Counted from the stretch's first letter, positions 13,146 to 26,563 are shown. The stretch: 64,000 nucleotides of DNA from Octopus vulgaris (GCA_951406725.2 OX597822.1:60698001-60762000); one strand, 5' to 3'. The notes: a model not told the origin generated them from the sequence alone. Made by a program: numbers and translations.

Positions 13146-13999
13146 GAATTTTTGTTCATGCATGCAACCATCTTCAGATTGATGGTGGTAAAATAAAGTT
13201 GTAATCAGTTTGTTGTGAATTGATAAATAATTGAATGCACATACAAATAGGTGAATAAACTACTTGAGTAGTGTCTGGAATTATTCTTTATATAACTTAA
13301 GAAGAAAAACAAACAAGAGATAAAGTGAAGTAACAATTTATTGGGATCTATTCATGAGGAAATATTGTTTTGTGATTGGTTAACAAAAAGTAACATGAGA
13401 TTATAAAAAAAAAAGTTTACACATTAATGGGGATTTTACAGCTGAAGAAACAAAATTGCAAACTTTTGGTTTAAAAATATTGTTATACTTCATTGGCTGT
13501 AGTATATAAGATCAATACAATTTAAACCAACAAAATTAATGCTGTTTCTGGACAAATCATATCAACTTTTATCATTGAAAAATGACAAAAATATATAGGT
13601 TCTATTTTAAGAAGAAAACAGAAGTTTAGCAAAACAAGCATTGTGGTGGAAAAAGGAAAAGAGGGTATTATAAAGAATCTAGATAAGGAGTAAGTTAAAA
13701 GAATAGCTAGAGAGAAAGAGAAATGGCAGGTGGTTTCTAATGGCATAAAAAACATAAGATTTTAATAATCAATAGTAACACATTCAATAATTAATCATAA
13801 TAGGCATGGTGCCTTTGAGGACAACATGAACTTCATATATTTTCCCAGATATTTTACCTAATTTGTTTATAAGTAACAAACTATTATAATTCTTCACCTT
13901 CACCATAAAACTAAACATAAGAAATGTTTAATTTTATAGGTTTATATAGGTTATACTACTAGAATGCTTCTACCTTCTAAATTAAATTCCATTATATAA

Positions 14000-14211
14000 C
14001 TAATGTTCACAGAGGGTTGATGGTCTTTTCCCAGTTTTGCTAAGTCTCTTTGATATTTTTTTAGAATAGTCACGGTATCCAGCATCTTCCAGTTTATTAT
14101 TCACTATCTTCTCAGATTCTTCCAACTTTTCAGCCACTGTCAATTTCAATTCATTGATTTTTTGTTGTAAAAATTCTGTGATCAGCTTTCTCAAGTGTTT
14201 CTTAGCTTCCT
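14000..14211 (-). CDS. CFAP119: CFAP119/CCDC189 coding exon 9 (terminal, coiled-coil: EAKKHLRKLITEFLQQK...STLCEH*)
   Basis: Acceptor ggtttag|ag, phase 1 compatible with the donor at 19727; coiled-coil plus basic tail as in the CCDC189 C-terminus. Confidence 0.8.
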
Positions 14212-15354
14212 CTAAACCATGTAGGAGAGAGAGTAATTAAATGATGGAACAGTAAAAGAAATAATTATTTAATTATCTTTGAGATTAAAAATCAAATTAT
14301 TTCATAAACTAACTGCAATTCTAACAAAAAATTTTCTACAGACATTGATTTACACAGATTACCAGCTGTGTCAATCTCCCTGGTCTCAGATGGTTTGGAA
14401 GCACTGCCCTTCCATCTTAGCTAAAACACAATAATTAAAAGATATAACATCCAATAAGTAAGTGGTCAAATGAAATTAGTATTCTGGATAATTTTTGGTC
14501 AGTAAGTGGCCAAATGATCTCAATATTCTGGCCAATAAGTCATAGCTAATAACCAGTCAAATGATTTCAGTATTCTGATAAATAGATCAGAGCCAATAAA
14601 CAGTTAAATATTTTCAATGTCCCGATCAATAGGCGACAACCAATAAACAGTCAAATAATCTAACTTTTTTTATTTATAATACACACAATATACATAAAGA
14701 TTTCTTCAGCTGACTTGAAGGAGACATTTGAACTAGATTGACTTTGTACCCCAGTATATAGCTGATATAGAGATGAAATAACTGAGTGTATAAAGTAGAA
14801 TAAAATATTGGATTAGCTGTTAATGCTGATAGGTGAGGGGTTTAGATCTAGGCTGATGTTTCATGCAAAAAACTCTTTATTCTACATTACTACAGTTTAT
14901 CTTGCTGCCAGAAGAACTAAATAAGAGATCAACTGGAGGTGTTTGCTAAGATGGATTGCTATACTATCCTATTCAGGTGGATACATAGTTCACATCCAAG
15001 TAATACCATATATAAACATCATAAAACTACATCTTAGTGTCTGCTGCCTAGAAAACATTTACATACACATTTTTTTTTTTGTTTTTTTACGCATCCCTTT
15101 CATTCCTATTTCACTTGGTTTGACCCCCCACCCTATAACCATTCAATGTCTAAAAAAAATTCTATTCTATTTTTATAACTAAATAGTATTAGGAATTGTA
15201 TTTTTAAAAATGTTAAAATATTTTGTGCATTGTAGAAATATGACCAATTTATTGCACATAAATTTTAACAACAACCTTTGACAATATACTGTACTTGAGA
15301 GAATCTGTCGAGCCAAGTGAGATTGTAGACATGGCTGATGCTTGTGTTTCATAA

Positions 15355-15552
15355 CTGGCACCCATGCTGCTGGCATATAAAAAGTATCCACTACACTCTC
15401 AGAGTGGTTGACATTAGGAAGGGCATCCAGCTGTAGAAATCATGCCAAATCAGATTGGAACCTGGTGCAGCTCCCCAGCTTACCAGTTTCCGGTCAAACC
15501 ATCCAACCCATGCCAGCATGAAAAACAGGCATTAAATAATGATGATGATGAT
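15355..15552 (+). mobile_element. RTE-associated 3' tail repeat
   Basis: Same motif set ending in (gat)n. Confidence 0.75.
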
Positions 15553-16555
15553 TTCACAACATTATTTACATTTCTCTTTCACAATGTATAATGTGATCAT
15601 CTACAGTTTATTAATGGAGTGCATTAGCATATTGCATTTCATTAGACAGCAATATCTAAGTCTCTAAAACTACATTATTCAATGTGTTCTTCCTTTCTTT
15701 AAAATGACAGGACATGATATGAGGTGGGGTTTGGCTGCAACTCCTAGCAGGTTGCACAGCAAGTTAGAAGCTCCCTTTTTGTTTGGTGTGTACAATAAAT
15801 GCCTACACACTACTTATTGTGTATATGTTGTTTGGTATGAATAATGTGCAAGTTGTTTGGTGTATATATTTGTATATGTTATTTATCATCATCATCATTT
15901 AATGTCCATTCTCCATGCCACTATGGGCTGGACAGTTTAACAGAAGCTGGCCAGCTGGAGAGCTACCTGGGCACCATTTTGTCTCTTTTAGCAAGGTGCC
16001 TTTACGTGGTACTGGTACAGGCGCATTTTACATGGCACCAACACAGGCACTCTTATGTGACACTGGCATGGGTGCTTTTACATGGCACCAGCACCCACAA
16101 GCCCACAAAACTAGGAGCTCTCAGCTGAGAGAAAGCCATATAGGAGATGCCTGTATGTATGGACAGCCACAAGTTTACTTAGTTTGACATGACTTCTCAA
16201 GCAGAGCAAACTGCCAGAAGTCTTGGTCCCTTACTCATTGGTGTGTAAGTGGGTATACATATTTTTGGTGTGACCATTGTTTAGTATGTAAATGTGTATT
16301 TTGTTTGGTTAGTATGTGTGTGCATGTTGTTCAGTCTGCCTAAAGTGTGGTGTATATGTCATTTGGTGTATACAATGTGTACATATATTGTTTGATGTGT
16401 ATAATGTCAGTATATGCTTTTTGATGTGTTCATATATATTGCTTGGTGTGCATATGTTGTTAGCATGTATGCATCCTGTTCGGTGTATATAATGTGTGTA
16501 TATGTGTATATAGTGGCAAAAAGGCAAAGCAAATAGAAATATACACACACAAATA

Positions 16556-16915
16556 GACACCCCATAAAACATCGTTTTATGTTTATTCTAACTTGTAAAG
16601 GTTTATATTTTTTATTAATTATTATTTTACATTTCAGGTTCTATATGTGAACCTCTTGACAGGACCCTTCTCTTTGCTAAGAGAAGTGTGGAGTATAACC
16701 CTCGTTGCAAGGCCTCTGACATAGCAGAACAAATTTATGTCAGTCCCAGAACAGATGTCAGGCATCTCCACAAACTTGGTTACTATGGCAGAACAACAAG
16801 AAGGAAGCCACTTCTTCAACCAGCCAACATCAAGCAGAGAAAAGATAGAACTAGTGTGATGGTTGAGAGGTCACTAGCATTTTGAGACACTGTCATATTC
16901 TCTGATGAGTCTAGA
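16556..16915 (+). mobile_element. Tc1 transposase fragment
   Basis: LHKLGYYGRTTRRKPLL...KQRK followed by VIFSDES. Confidence 0.75.
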
Positions 16916-17332
16916 TGCTGTTGTGTAAGGATATATATGTATGTAAGGTAAAAACTAAGAGAAAACAGTCATTCTAAACATAAATGAAACATTTATTTTA
17001 TACATTAAATGTCTAAATATCTGTGTTGTTAAGTTTATAATTTATCAGAGTACCTTCAAGAATGTATAGTTACAAGATATATATTACAAATAAGAAAATG
17101 GAGAAACACATTAGTTGGGTTATCAGCTTTAGGATATTAGAATGTTGTCTTATTTAATTAACAAAACTACAACCACAATAACATACATATATACAGTATA
17201 AAATTCAATACATTTAAGATAAGAATACAAACAGTTATTAAAAAAACATTAATATAAATTGTTAACTATTTGTATTCTTATCTTAAATGTATTGAATTTT
17301 ATACTGTATATATGTATGTTATTATGGTTCTA

Positions 17333-17508
17333 GTGTGTACAAAGGGCAGGGACGTGATCGACGTGGGCTGATGACCTACGCCTACCGGGAATTCCTCGTT
17401 CACGGGGTTGGTTCCAGGCCCCGATCCCTATCACGGGAGGTGATTCAGAGGTTTCCCGACCCTCTCAGGCCGGGGGGAGATGCGCCCGCTGATACCTCCA
17501 GTGTAGCG
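17333..17508 (-). pseudogene. 18S (SSU) rRNA fragment, 3' region, dispersed copy
   Basis: Reverse complement reads cgctacactg...gatagggatc...gaacgaggaattcc...acgtccctgccctttgtacacac, conserved eukaryotic SSU motifs. Confidence 0.92.
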
Positions 17509-17632
17509 AAGGTATCTCCAGGGATACAGGCATCCAGTAACAGGACCTCCGTAATGCTATGATGGACCGTGAAGTCTGGCGTAACACAGTAAATTCCATT
17601 GTCTCGACCACAGTCGAACAATGATGATGATG
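17509..17632 (+). mobile_element. RTE-type LINE extreme 3' end with (ATG)n tail
   Basis: Encodes DLRNAMMDREVWRN (RTE C-terminal DR..WR motif) then (atg)n and the second TSD copy. Confidence 0.75.
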
Positions 17633-17929
17633 ATGGTTCTAGTTTTGTTAATTAAATAAGACAATATTTGTCTTAATAATATACTAAAGCTGATAAACTA
17701 ACTAATGTGTTTCTCCATTTTCTTATTTGTAAAATAAATTAATGGTAAAATATTTCTTTACCTTCACCCATTTAATACAATAAGTGAGTTCATTGCATTG
17801 CAATTAAAAACACTTGTGTATTAATAATTTAGGTAGTATACCAACAGTATATTGGATAAGTATTATCCCTTAGTAGGTTGGATCCACAACCCCTAACTTA
17901 TTTGGTATATATATATATATACACACACA

Positions 17930-19448
17930 CACCCAGAACCACGCTAATAGCTTAAGAGTGAAATTTAGGATTTCTCAGGTTTCTGAGAATCGATTTTAAT
18001 AAAACTTTTCCCAGCCGGTTTGCACACTATGCAACACCATTGTTATGTTTTGATTATTCTGTGTAACATCCTTTCTGTTTTTACTTCAGATTCTTCAGCT
18101 TTTGAATGAAAATAGCCCATTAGGCATTTTTTTTCTCCAGAAAACGAAAGGTAATGATACATATTAAGCATACATTGAGTATATATTTAACAGAAAACCA
18201 TAACAATATTATAACATTTATTGACATAATGAATCATTTAGCCATGTGAGCACCATTTCGACAGATAACTTCAAAAACCCTATTAATCATGGAATCTGTC
18301 AATTTCTTAATAGTAGCAGGTTGGACTACCTTTGCTGCAGCTTTGATGATCGCCCATAAGACATCTTTCAATGTAAATTGGTGTCCATTGGCATAAACAT
18401 CTTGTTTAATGATGGACTAAAGATTTTTGATAGGGTTGAGATCCAGAGATGCTGGTGGCCAAGCTATCAACCTTTCACCTTGTATGATGTAAAGGCCTAG
18501 TAATGTTTGGGTGGTCCTAGCAGAGTGAGAGGGAGTGTTGTCATGCATGAATACGAGATTCCTTAAAAGCGACAGCAGTATGTCATCGAGCCAGGGATCC
18601 AAGACCTCCTTCAGGAGATTGCAGTAGGTGACTGCAGTCACTTTAACCCCTTCAGGCACCCTGACTGAGCCAACAAGTCTATCTCCAATGGTACCAGCCC
18701 ACAACATGACTCCTCCACCCTATTCTTGACATCGTAAATGTTGGTGTCGCTCGTCTCCAAAACAGACCCAAACATTTGCCTAAACTATCAGGTCCATTAA
18801 GGGTCGCCCAGGTGTCATCAGTGAACAGAACACAACTCATGTCTAATGTCATGTACTTTTGTGCCCATTGAAGCCTCTCCAACTCCTGTGACATGGCATT
18901 AAAGGAAGCAGTTTCAAGAGTTCTTGCATGGAAGCCATGGTCCCAGGGATGCGATTTCTGGTGGTTTTCAGTACATGAGAAAGTTCAGAAATACATGAGG
19001 AAGTCCAGTGAAAATGGCTTTGTTTGTTTCTCCAGGTTTCCCATGTAACTTATGGCCAATATTCCTTAAGGTCCCACAATTGGATCATTTCTTCCGTGGC
19101 GAAGGGTTCTTCAAGAATCGTCTAACCATGTCCACATGACAACCTAGCTTCTCAGCAATGATATGAAGAGAGGTCCCTTTAGCACTTTCCTTGATGACGA
19201 CAGACTTTACTTCATCATTAATGCTTTTTCCACTCAATGTTCTCATAAAGGAAAGATACTATTAGCGCGGTTCACCCAAAAAACGAAGAATCTGAAATAA
19301 AAAAGAAAGGACGTTACACAGAATAATAAAAACATAACAATGGTGTTGCCATAGTGTGCAAACCAGCTGGGAAAAATTTTATCAAAATCAATTCACAGAA
19401 AACCAAGAAATCCTAAATCTCACTAAGCTATTAGCTTGGTTCTAAGTG
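17930..19448 (-). mobile_element. Full-length decayed Tc1-family DNA transposon
   Basis: About 180-bp TIRs; broken transposase with VLFTDD, FMHDNTPSH and WPPASLDLNPIKNL motifs. Confidence 0.9.
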
Positions 19449-19726
19449 TATATAGGCAGACACACACACACAGAGTCACTATGTTTCCATTGATAAACTA
19501 ATAGTAGTGGCTTAGTGGATATGAACATTACTATCCTTAATTTAGAAATATAAATCTCTAGTTCAAACCTAGTGTGGAATTATGTACGTATCTTAGAATA
19601 AAGGTACTTGATAATGATTGGAGATAGAACCAATCAAAATACTGTGTAGATATGCATAATGTAAATATGAGATTAATAGTCTGTAAAAATTATCTTCTGA
19701 ATCTATTTAAGGTACTGCTAACAAAC

Positions 19727-19840
19727 CTTTTTCAGCAATCTTTTCCAACTCCTTTTGTTCAATGTTTTCATCTCCTGAAACAAAATCTGAATTTCTAGAT
19801 TTCATGTTCTTCCTCTCCTTTTCAGGATCAAAATCTGTTT
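19727..19840 (-). CDS. CFAP119: CFAP119 coding exon 8 (acidic linker ...DFDPEKERKN...ELEKIAEK); acceptor could be at 19840, 19834 or 19774
   Basis: Donor aaag|gtttgt is phase 1; three in-phase AG acceptors; open frame joins exons 7 and 9. Confidence 0.7.
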
Positions 19841-20029
19841 CTTCATTTGAAATTTAAAAAGAAAAAAAAATCTTGAAAAGCTTTGGAAAACAAATTTTCA
19901 GGAAGACAGCTGTTTTATATTTGATTCACATTTATTTTCTCTAAATAAAAACCTTACAAATGAATAACATCTAACCTAACCTCAATTTAGTTTTTACATA
20001 TTTGTGTCTATTTTAGTTTTCTTATAACC

Positions 20030-22027
20030 TGACTACATCATCATGTGCTAGAAGGAATAACTTGACAGTGTTAGAAGTTATAACAATAGTATTAGAAAGT
20101 GCATGGGAGGAGAGCCTGTCCAATATGAACCTGACAGAGGGGTTGGCTAACTGAATCAACTGTAGCTTAGCAGATAAAGCAATTAAGGACATGAAGACAA
20201 GGAAAGCCTCTGGCCCATTGAAAGTCACTGCTGAGATGCTTAAAATCTTTGGTGAGGTGGGGTGGGATATAACCTGGTCACCCATATAGTTAATCAGGCT
20301 GTCCACAAGGGAATCATACCCAATGGTTGATGTAGCAGCATTATAAGTCAACTGCTACAAAGACAAAGGTAATGCCCTAGACAGAAATAATTACAGAGGT
20401 ATCAAATTACTGGACCAGGTGATGAAAATTGCAGAAAGGGTCTTGGCTCAATTAATTAGAAAGAGAGTTAGCATAGATGAGATGTAGTTTAAACTTGTGC
20501 CAGGGAGAAGCACCACCAATGCTATCTTTCTGGTAAAGTAACTGCAGAGGAAATACTTGGCCCAAAATAAACCGCTGTTTCTGGTTTTTGTTAACATGAA
20601 GAAAGCCTTTGACAGGTTTCCTGTTCTCTGTTCCCTTATCTAGAGGGATAGATGAGTGGTTTGTGAGAGCTGTATGAGCCATGTACAAGAATGTTGTTAG
20701 TAAGGTGAGAGTTGCCAAGGAGTTTAGTGTACAAGTAGGAATCCACCAGGATTCAGTCCTTAGCCCCCTCTTATTTATCATGGTCCTCCATGCCATAACG
20801 GAGGAATTTAAGACTGGCTGCCCTTGGGAGCTCCCCTATGCTGATGACTTTGTTCTTATTACTGAATTACTACCAGAACTAGAGAAGAAATTTCAGGTAT
20901 GGAAGCAAGGTCTGAAATCAAAGGGCCTTAGAGTTAATTTAGCAAAGACCAAAGTATTGATAAGTAGGAAAACAGGCAAATTGCAGATCCCTTCAGGGAG
21001 ATAGCCCTGCTCAATATGTAGAGATGTCAGGAGAAACTCCATAAGATGTACCCAGTGCAAGTTATGGACACATAAGGGGTGTAACAGTATCAATGAACGA
21101 CTAATGGAAAAGGTAACCTTTGCATGTGGCAGATGTGCAGGTACATTAAACACTAAGAATGTACAAAAAATAGACTCCCTCATATGCCAGTGAGGATCCC
21201 TAGAAGTAGTAGACAGTTTCCATTACTTAGATTACCAAGTTAGTAGTGGGAGTGGTTGTTCCAAAAGCATAGCTGCTAGGATAAGAATAGGTTGGGCAAA
21301 GTTCAGAGAGCCTCTCCCTCAGACTGAAAGGCAAATTGTATGATGCCAATGTACTAACAGCTATGCTACATGGCAGTGAGACATGGGCTGTGGCTATTGA
21401 GGATATGCAAAGATTTGAAAGAAATTAAACCAGTATGCTTCGTTGGATGGATAATGTCAGTGTGGATATATGACAGTATAAATGATTTGAGAGAAAAACT
21501 GGGTATACGTAGCATCAGATGTAGTGTGCAACAGAAAAGATTGCACTGGTATAGCTATGAAATGCATAGGAATGAAGATAGTTGCATCAAGAGGTGCCAA
21601 TTTCTAATTGTATGGGGAACATGTGGAAAGGATAGACCCAGGAAGACATGGGACAAAGTGGTGAGAAAGGATTTACAGACACTAGGACTCAAAGAAGGGA
21701 TGACAGGGAACTGAGACTCTTGGCAGTTTGCTGTGCTTGAAAAGACACATCAAGCTAAGTAAAAGCATGGTTGCCCTTGCATATAGGCTTGCCTCCTGCA
21801 ACCCTTTCCAGCTGAGCATCCCTAGTCTTGTGGGCTCGTTAGTGCTGGTGCCACATAAAAAGCACCCAGTACACTCTGTAGAGTGGTTGGCATTTGGAAG
21901 GGTATCCAGCTGTAGAAACCATAGCAAAACAGACATGGAACCTGAAGAGCCCTTAAGCTGGTCAGCTCCTGTCAAAACCATCCAACCCATGCCAGTATGG
22001 AAAATGGGCATAAAATGATGATGATGA
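20030..22027 (+). mobile_element. RTE LINE, 5'-truncated and degenerate
   Basis: NYRGIKLL, GIHQDSVLSPLLF, YADD, GKDRPRKTW; shared 3' tail with (gat)n. Confidence 0.9.
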
Positions 22028-22257
22028 AAGTAGTAAATTTCAAATTTTGGCCAAGGCAGTAATTTCAGAGGAGGGGATTACATCAACCCCAGTGATCAAC
22101 AGGTACTTATTTTTTCAACCCTGAAAGGATAAAAGGAACAGCTGACCTCAGCAGAATTTGAATTCAAAATGTAAAGATGGATGAAATACTGCTAAGCATT
22201 TTGCCTGGCATGCTAACAGTTCTGCCAGCTTGCTGTCCTATGAACAATTGTAATCAT

Positions 22258-22580
22258 TATCATCATCGTTTAACATCCGTTTTCCGTGCTAGCACCGGTT
22301 GGATGGTTCGACCGGGTTCTGGGAAGCCAGGAGGCTGCACCAAGCTCCAGTCTGATCTGGCAGTGTTTCTACAGCTGGATGCCCTTCCTAACGCCAACCA
22401 CTCCGTGAGTGTAGTGGGTGCTTTTTACGTGCCACCGGCACAGGTGCCAAGGGAGGCTGGCAGCGGCCACAATTGGTTGCTGCCTTTTATGTGTCACCGG
22501 CACAGAAGCCAGTCAAGGTGGCGCTGGTATCGGCCATGTTCGGATGGTGCTTTTTACGTGCCACCGGCACAGGTATCACA
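22258..22580 (-). mobile_element. RTE-associated 3' tail repeat with internal short tandem units
   Basis: (cat)n start, ggatgcccttcctaacgccaaccac, repeated gtgctttttacgtgccaccggcacag. Confidence 0.75.
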
Positions 22581-23849
22581 GAGAGAGATCTAACTTCATA
22601 TCCTAGCCTGTAGTTGGAATCAATATAACTAAATTACCAATTAGTTGAAGGTTAATATATTATTAAATCACAAAACCATTAAGTCAAATATCATTAGTCA
22701 AATCTACATATACAGACCTGACTGTGTGATTAACAAGTTCAATTCTCAATCACTTAGTTACAAATTTGATCTCAGTAGACAACACCTCCCTGAAGTCTAT
22801 TCTACCATAGCATCAGAATCACCGTCTTTGAGAAAGAAACTGGTTAGAAGCTGAGTGGAAGCCAGTCAGACAGTACTTATTCTTCTTCTGAACACTGAAT
22901 CCACAATGCAGTTGAATATCACGACCTTACCCATGACCAGGTAGAGATATTGAATTGCTGTAAATACTTAAGGCAAGTCTCACTAATTTGTTGCAGTTTC
23001 TCCAACTGTAGCAATACATGAGTCATATGTTAGCAGAGTCCTCACTGTGGTAAACATTCAAAGCAGGTTTTAATATATTATTGTGGTTCTTACTATAGCA
23101 ACCCACAAGTCACGTATTAGTGGAATCCACCCTGCACAAACATGAGATTAAGCAGAGTCTATACTGTTGTAAAAATTTAGAGCAGGATTCAGGAAATAGT
23201 TGTGTTCCTTCCTGTTATAGTAACCCATGAGTCGTGGTTTCTTCTTCCATTTCCTATCAGCCTCAGAGGTCCTACTATGGGATGAGAGAGAGAGAGGGTG
23301 ATATTATCCTTAAGGGGAGAGAACCGATTTTAAGTTTATATTTTATCTGGTGTTTTAGTTTTTTATCGTAAGAGATCTTTTTCCTATGAGTGAAAGAGCA
23401 AATAATGTATCCATATTTCCATGAAATCCATTTATTAGATATTTCAGTAGCAGTAGATAATGCCATTTTGCCATCATTATGGGCCCTTCAGTACAACATA
23501 ACTTGATAATTTGAAATTAGTCTATAGTCTTTTAGTCAGTGCTTTATTAACACGTCATCAACATGATATATTATCTCTGGACATTAACAGTTTAACACAA
23601 TCTAAACACATCCATTTTAAGTTAGATGTGTTAATTATCAAATTAGTAAAATTTATAAATTAACGTAAGTTTACGTGCTGTGAAAAGAAATGAGTCTTGA
23701 GACCTTATATGAGGAAAAATATTTATGAACACTATCCTTTCATAATTGCAAAGTATTATGAAGGCTGAATAACTTGTGCAAACTTATGAATTTGCAGAAT
23801 TAGCTAACACTTGCTACTGTTTTCAAAATATGAAACAATTGCTGCTTAC

Positions 23850-23907
23850 CTTGGTTTGTAGTGGAATCAGGCTCTCCAATATAGCTCAAAACTAAATCAA
23901 GCCGCAC
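23850..23907 (-). CDS. CFAP119: CFAP119 coding exon 7 (VRLDLVLSYIGEPDSTTNQ)
   Basis: atcag|gtg ... caag|gtaagc; matches CCDC189 VRLDLSLTY directly after KYVFT.Q. Confidence 0.9.
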
Positions 23908-24000
23908 CTGATATTGATAAAGTGATTAATACTTCATTATAAATATATACATGATCATAAATTAATGTGTGTAGTTATGCACAATTAAATATATACATTT

Positions 24001-24064
<64 letters not shown>

Positions 24065-24489
24065 GCATGGAAGATGGACGTTAAATGATGATGATGATGT
24101 GTGTGTATGTATTGGAATTACTAATGGATTATTTATTTTTTTATTAAGGATTTCCTTAATTCTTCAGTTATGGAACTACCAACCACTATTATCTTTTTAC
24201 AATGAACACTCCTTAATTCTTGAACGAAATGGTAACTACTAATATCCTTGATTAAAGATATTTTTTATTTATTCCTCTCTCTCCGACAACGGAATAATTA
24301 GCTTGTGGAAATCCTTGGTTAATAACATATGCATCACAAGATTAACTATTCTAGAAATAGCTGTAAGAGACTTAATGTATTTACTATAACTACTGTTATA
24401 TGTTTAAATCATAAATTAAATATTCTAAAGTGATACCCCATGTTTTGCTCATTTATTATTTCTCTATTTCTAATATATATATCTGACAG

Positions 24490-26563
24490 TGTCGGCTATA
24501 GCCTGGTCACTCGTATAGTTAACCAGAGATACACGAAGCAGTCATACCCAATGACTGGTGTAGCAGCACTATAGTCAATTGCTACAAAGATAAAGGTGAT
24601 GCTTTAGATACAAATAATTACAGAAGTATCAAGTTGTGGACCAGGTAATGAAGGTCACGGAGAGGGTCATAGCCCAACTAATTAGGGAGAGAGTCAGTTT
24701 AGATGGGATGCAGTATGGGTTCGTGCCAGGGAAAAGCACCACTGATGCTGTATTTGTGGTAAGACAGCTGCAGGAGAAATACCTAACCAAAGATAAACCT
24801 CTGCACCTGGCTTTCGTTGACATGGAGAAAGCCTTTGACAGAGTCCCCAGATCCCTTATCTGGTGGTCAATGAGGAAACTAGGGATAGATGAATGGTTAG
24901 TGAGAGCTGTGCAAGCCATGTACAGGGATGCTGTCAGTAAGGTGAGGGTTGGCAACGAGTACAGTAAAGAATTCCAGGTAGAGGTCCACCAAGGTTCAGT
25001 TCTCAGCCCCCTCCTATTTATCATAGTCCTCCAGGCAATAACAGAGGAATTCAAGACAGGATGCCCCTGGGAGCTCTTTTATGCTGATGACCTTGCTCAA
25101 ATTGTTGAGTTACTACCAGAACTCGGGGAGAAGTTTCAGGTGTGGGAACAAGGATTAGAATCGAAGGGCCTTAGAGTCAACCTAGCTGAAACCAAAGTCC
25201 TAATAAGTAGGAAGGCAGGCAAACCACAAATCCCTTCAGGTAGATGGCCCTGCTCGATCTGTAGAAAAGGCGTAGGTAGAAACTCTATAAGATGTACCCA
25301 GTGTAAGCTATGGACACATAAGAGGCACAGCAATATCAAAGGAAGGCTAACTGGGAAGATAGTTTTTGTATGTGGCATATGCTCAGAAGCAATAAACACT
25401 GAAAATGTGCAGAGAACAACTTCCGCCACATTCCAGGGAGAAAAACTAGAAGTAGTTGATAGCTTCTGTTACCTAGGTGACCAAGTCAGTAGCGGGGGAG
25501 GGTGTGCTGAAAGTGTAGCTGCTAGAATAAGAATAGCTTGGGCAAAGTTCAGAGAGCACTTACCTCTGCTGGTGACAAAGGGCCTCTCGCTCAGAGTAAA
25601 AGGTAGGCTGTATGACATATGTGTACGAACAGCCATGCTACATAGCAGTGAAACATGGGCCATGACTGCTGAGGATATACATAAGCTCACAGGGAATGAA
25701 GCCAGTATGATCTGATGGATGTGTAATGTCAGTGTGCATACTCAACAGAGTGTAAGTACCTTGAGAGAAAAGTTGGACCTATGAAGCATCAGATGTGGTG
25801 TGCAAGAGAGATGACTGTGCTGGTATGGTCATGTGGCAAGAATAGATGAGGATAGCTGCATGAAAAAGTGCCACACCCTAGCGGTTAAGGGAACCTGTGA
25901 AAGAGATAGACCCAGGAAGACCTGGGATGAAGTGGTGAAGCATGACCTTCGAATATTAGTGGACTTTTGGAAATATGCTGTGCTTGAGAAGACCCGGCAA
26001 GCCAAGTGAGACCATAACCACGTGGCCTATACTAGGGGTGTAACCAGCCACTTATGCATACCTTTCCTTCATTGGACACTAAACTCTGCTTGCAAAGACC
26101 TGTTGAGGTAAATGAAATCGAAATCAAATTCAATGACTGGCATCCGTGCTAGTGGAGCACTAAGAGCATCATCCGAGCGTGATCGTTGCCAGAGCAGCTA
26201 ACTGGCTTCTGTGCCGGTGGCACGTAAAAAGTACCATTCAAGCATGACCATTACCAGCATCGCCTTACTGGCACATGTAAAAACATTCGAGCGATGTCGT
26301 TGCCAGTGCCGCTGGACTGGCTCCTGTGCAGGTGGCACATAAAAAACACCGTTTGAGCATGGCCGTTGCCAGTACTGCCTGACTGGCATGTAAAAGCACC
26401 CACTACACTCTCGGAGTGGTTGGCGTTAGGAAGGGCATCCAGCTGTAGAATTCTGCCAGATCAAGATTGGAGCCTGGTGTAGCCATCTGGTTCGCCAGTC
26501 CTCAGTCAAATCATGCAACCCATGCTAGCATGGAAAGCGAATGTTAAATGATGATGATGATGA
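24490..26563 (+). mobile_element. RTE LINE, 5'-truncated, with a 359-aa RT ORF and an embedded Cys/His finger
   Basis: QYGFVPGKST, FVDMEKAFD, HQGSVLSPLLF, YADD, YLG; 3' UTR ends in (gat)n. Confidence 0.92.

Larger units (their letters stand above)
17085..17731. repeat. AT-rich foldback (about 155-bp arms); right arm interrupted by the 18S/LINE chimera
   Basis: tacaaataagaaaatggagaaacacattagtt...aagataagaatacaaa is inverted at 17268..17334 plus 17644..17731. Confidence 0.8.

Noticed and set aside
17333-17508. Functional rRNA gene
   Set aside because: Only 176 nt, fused to a LINE tail within a TSD; no rDNA context.
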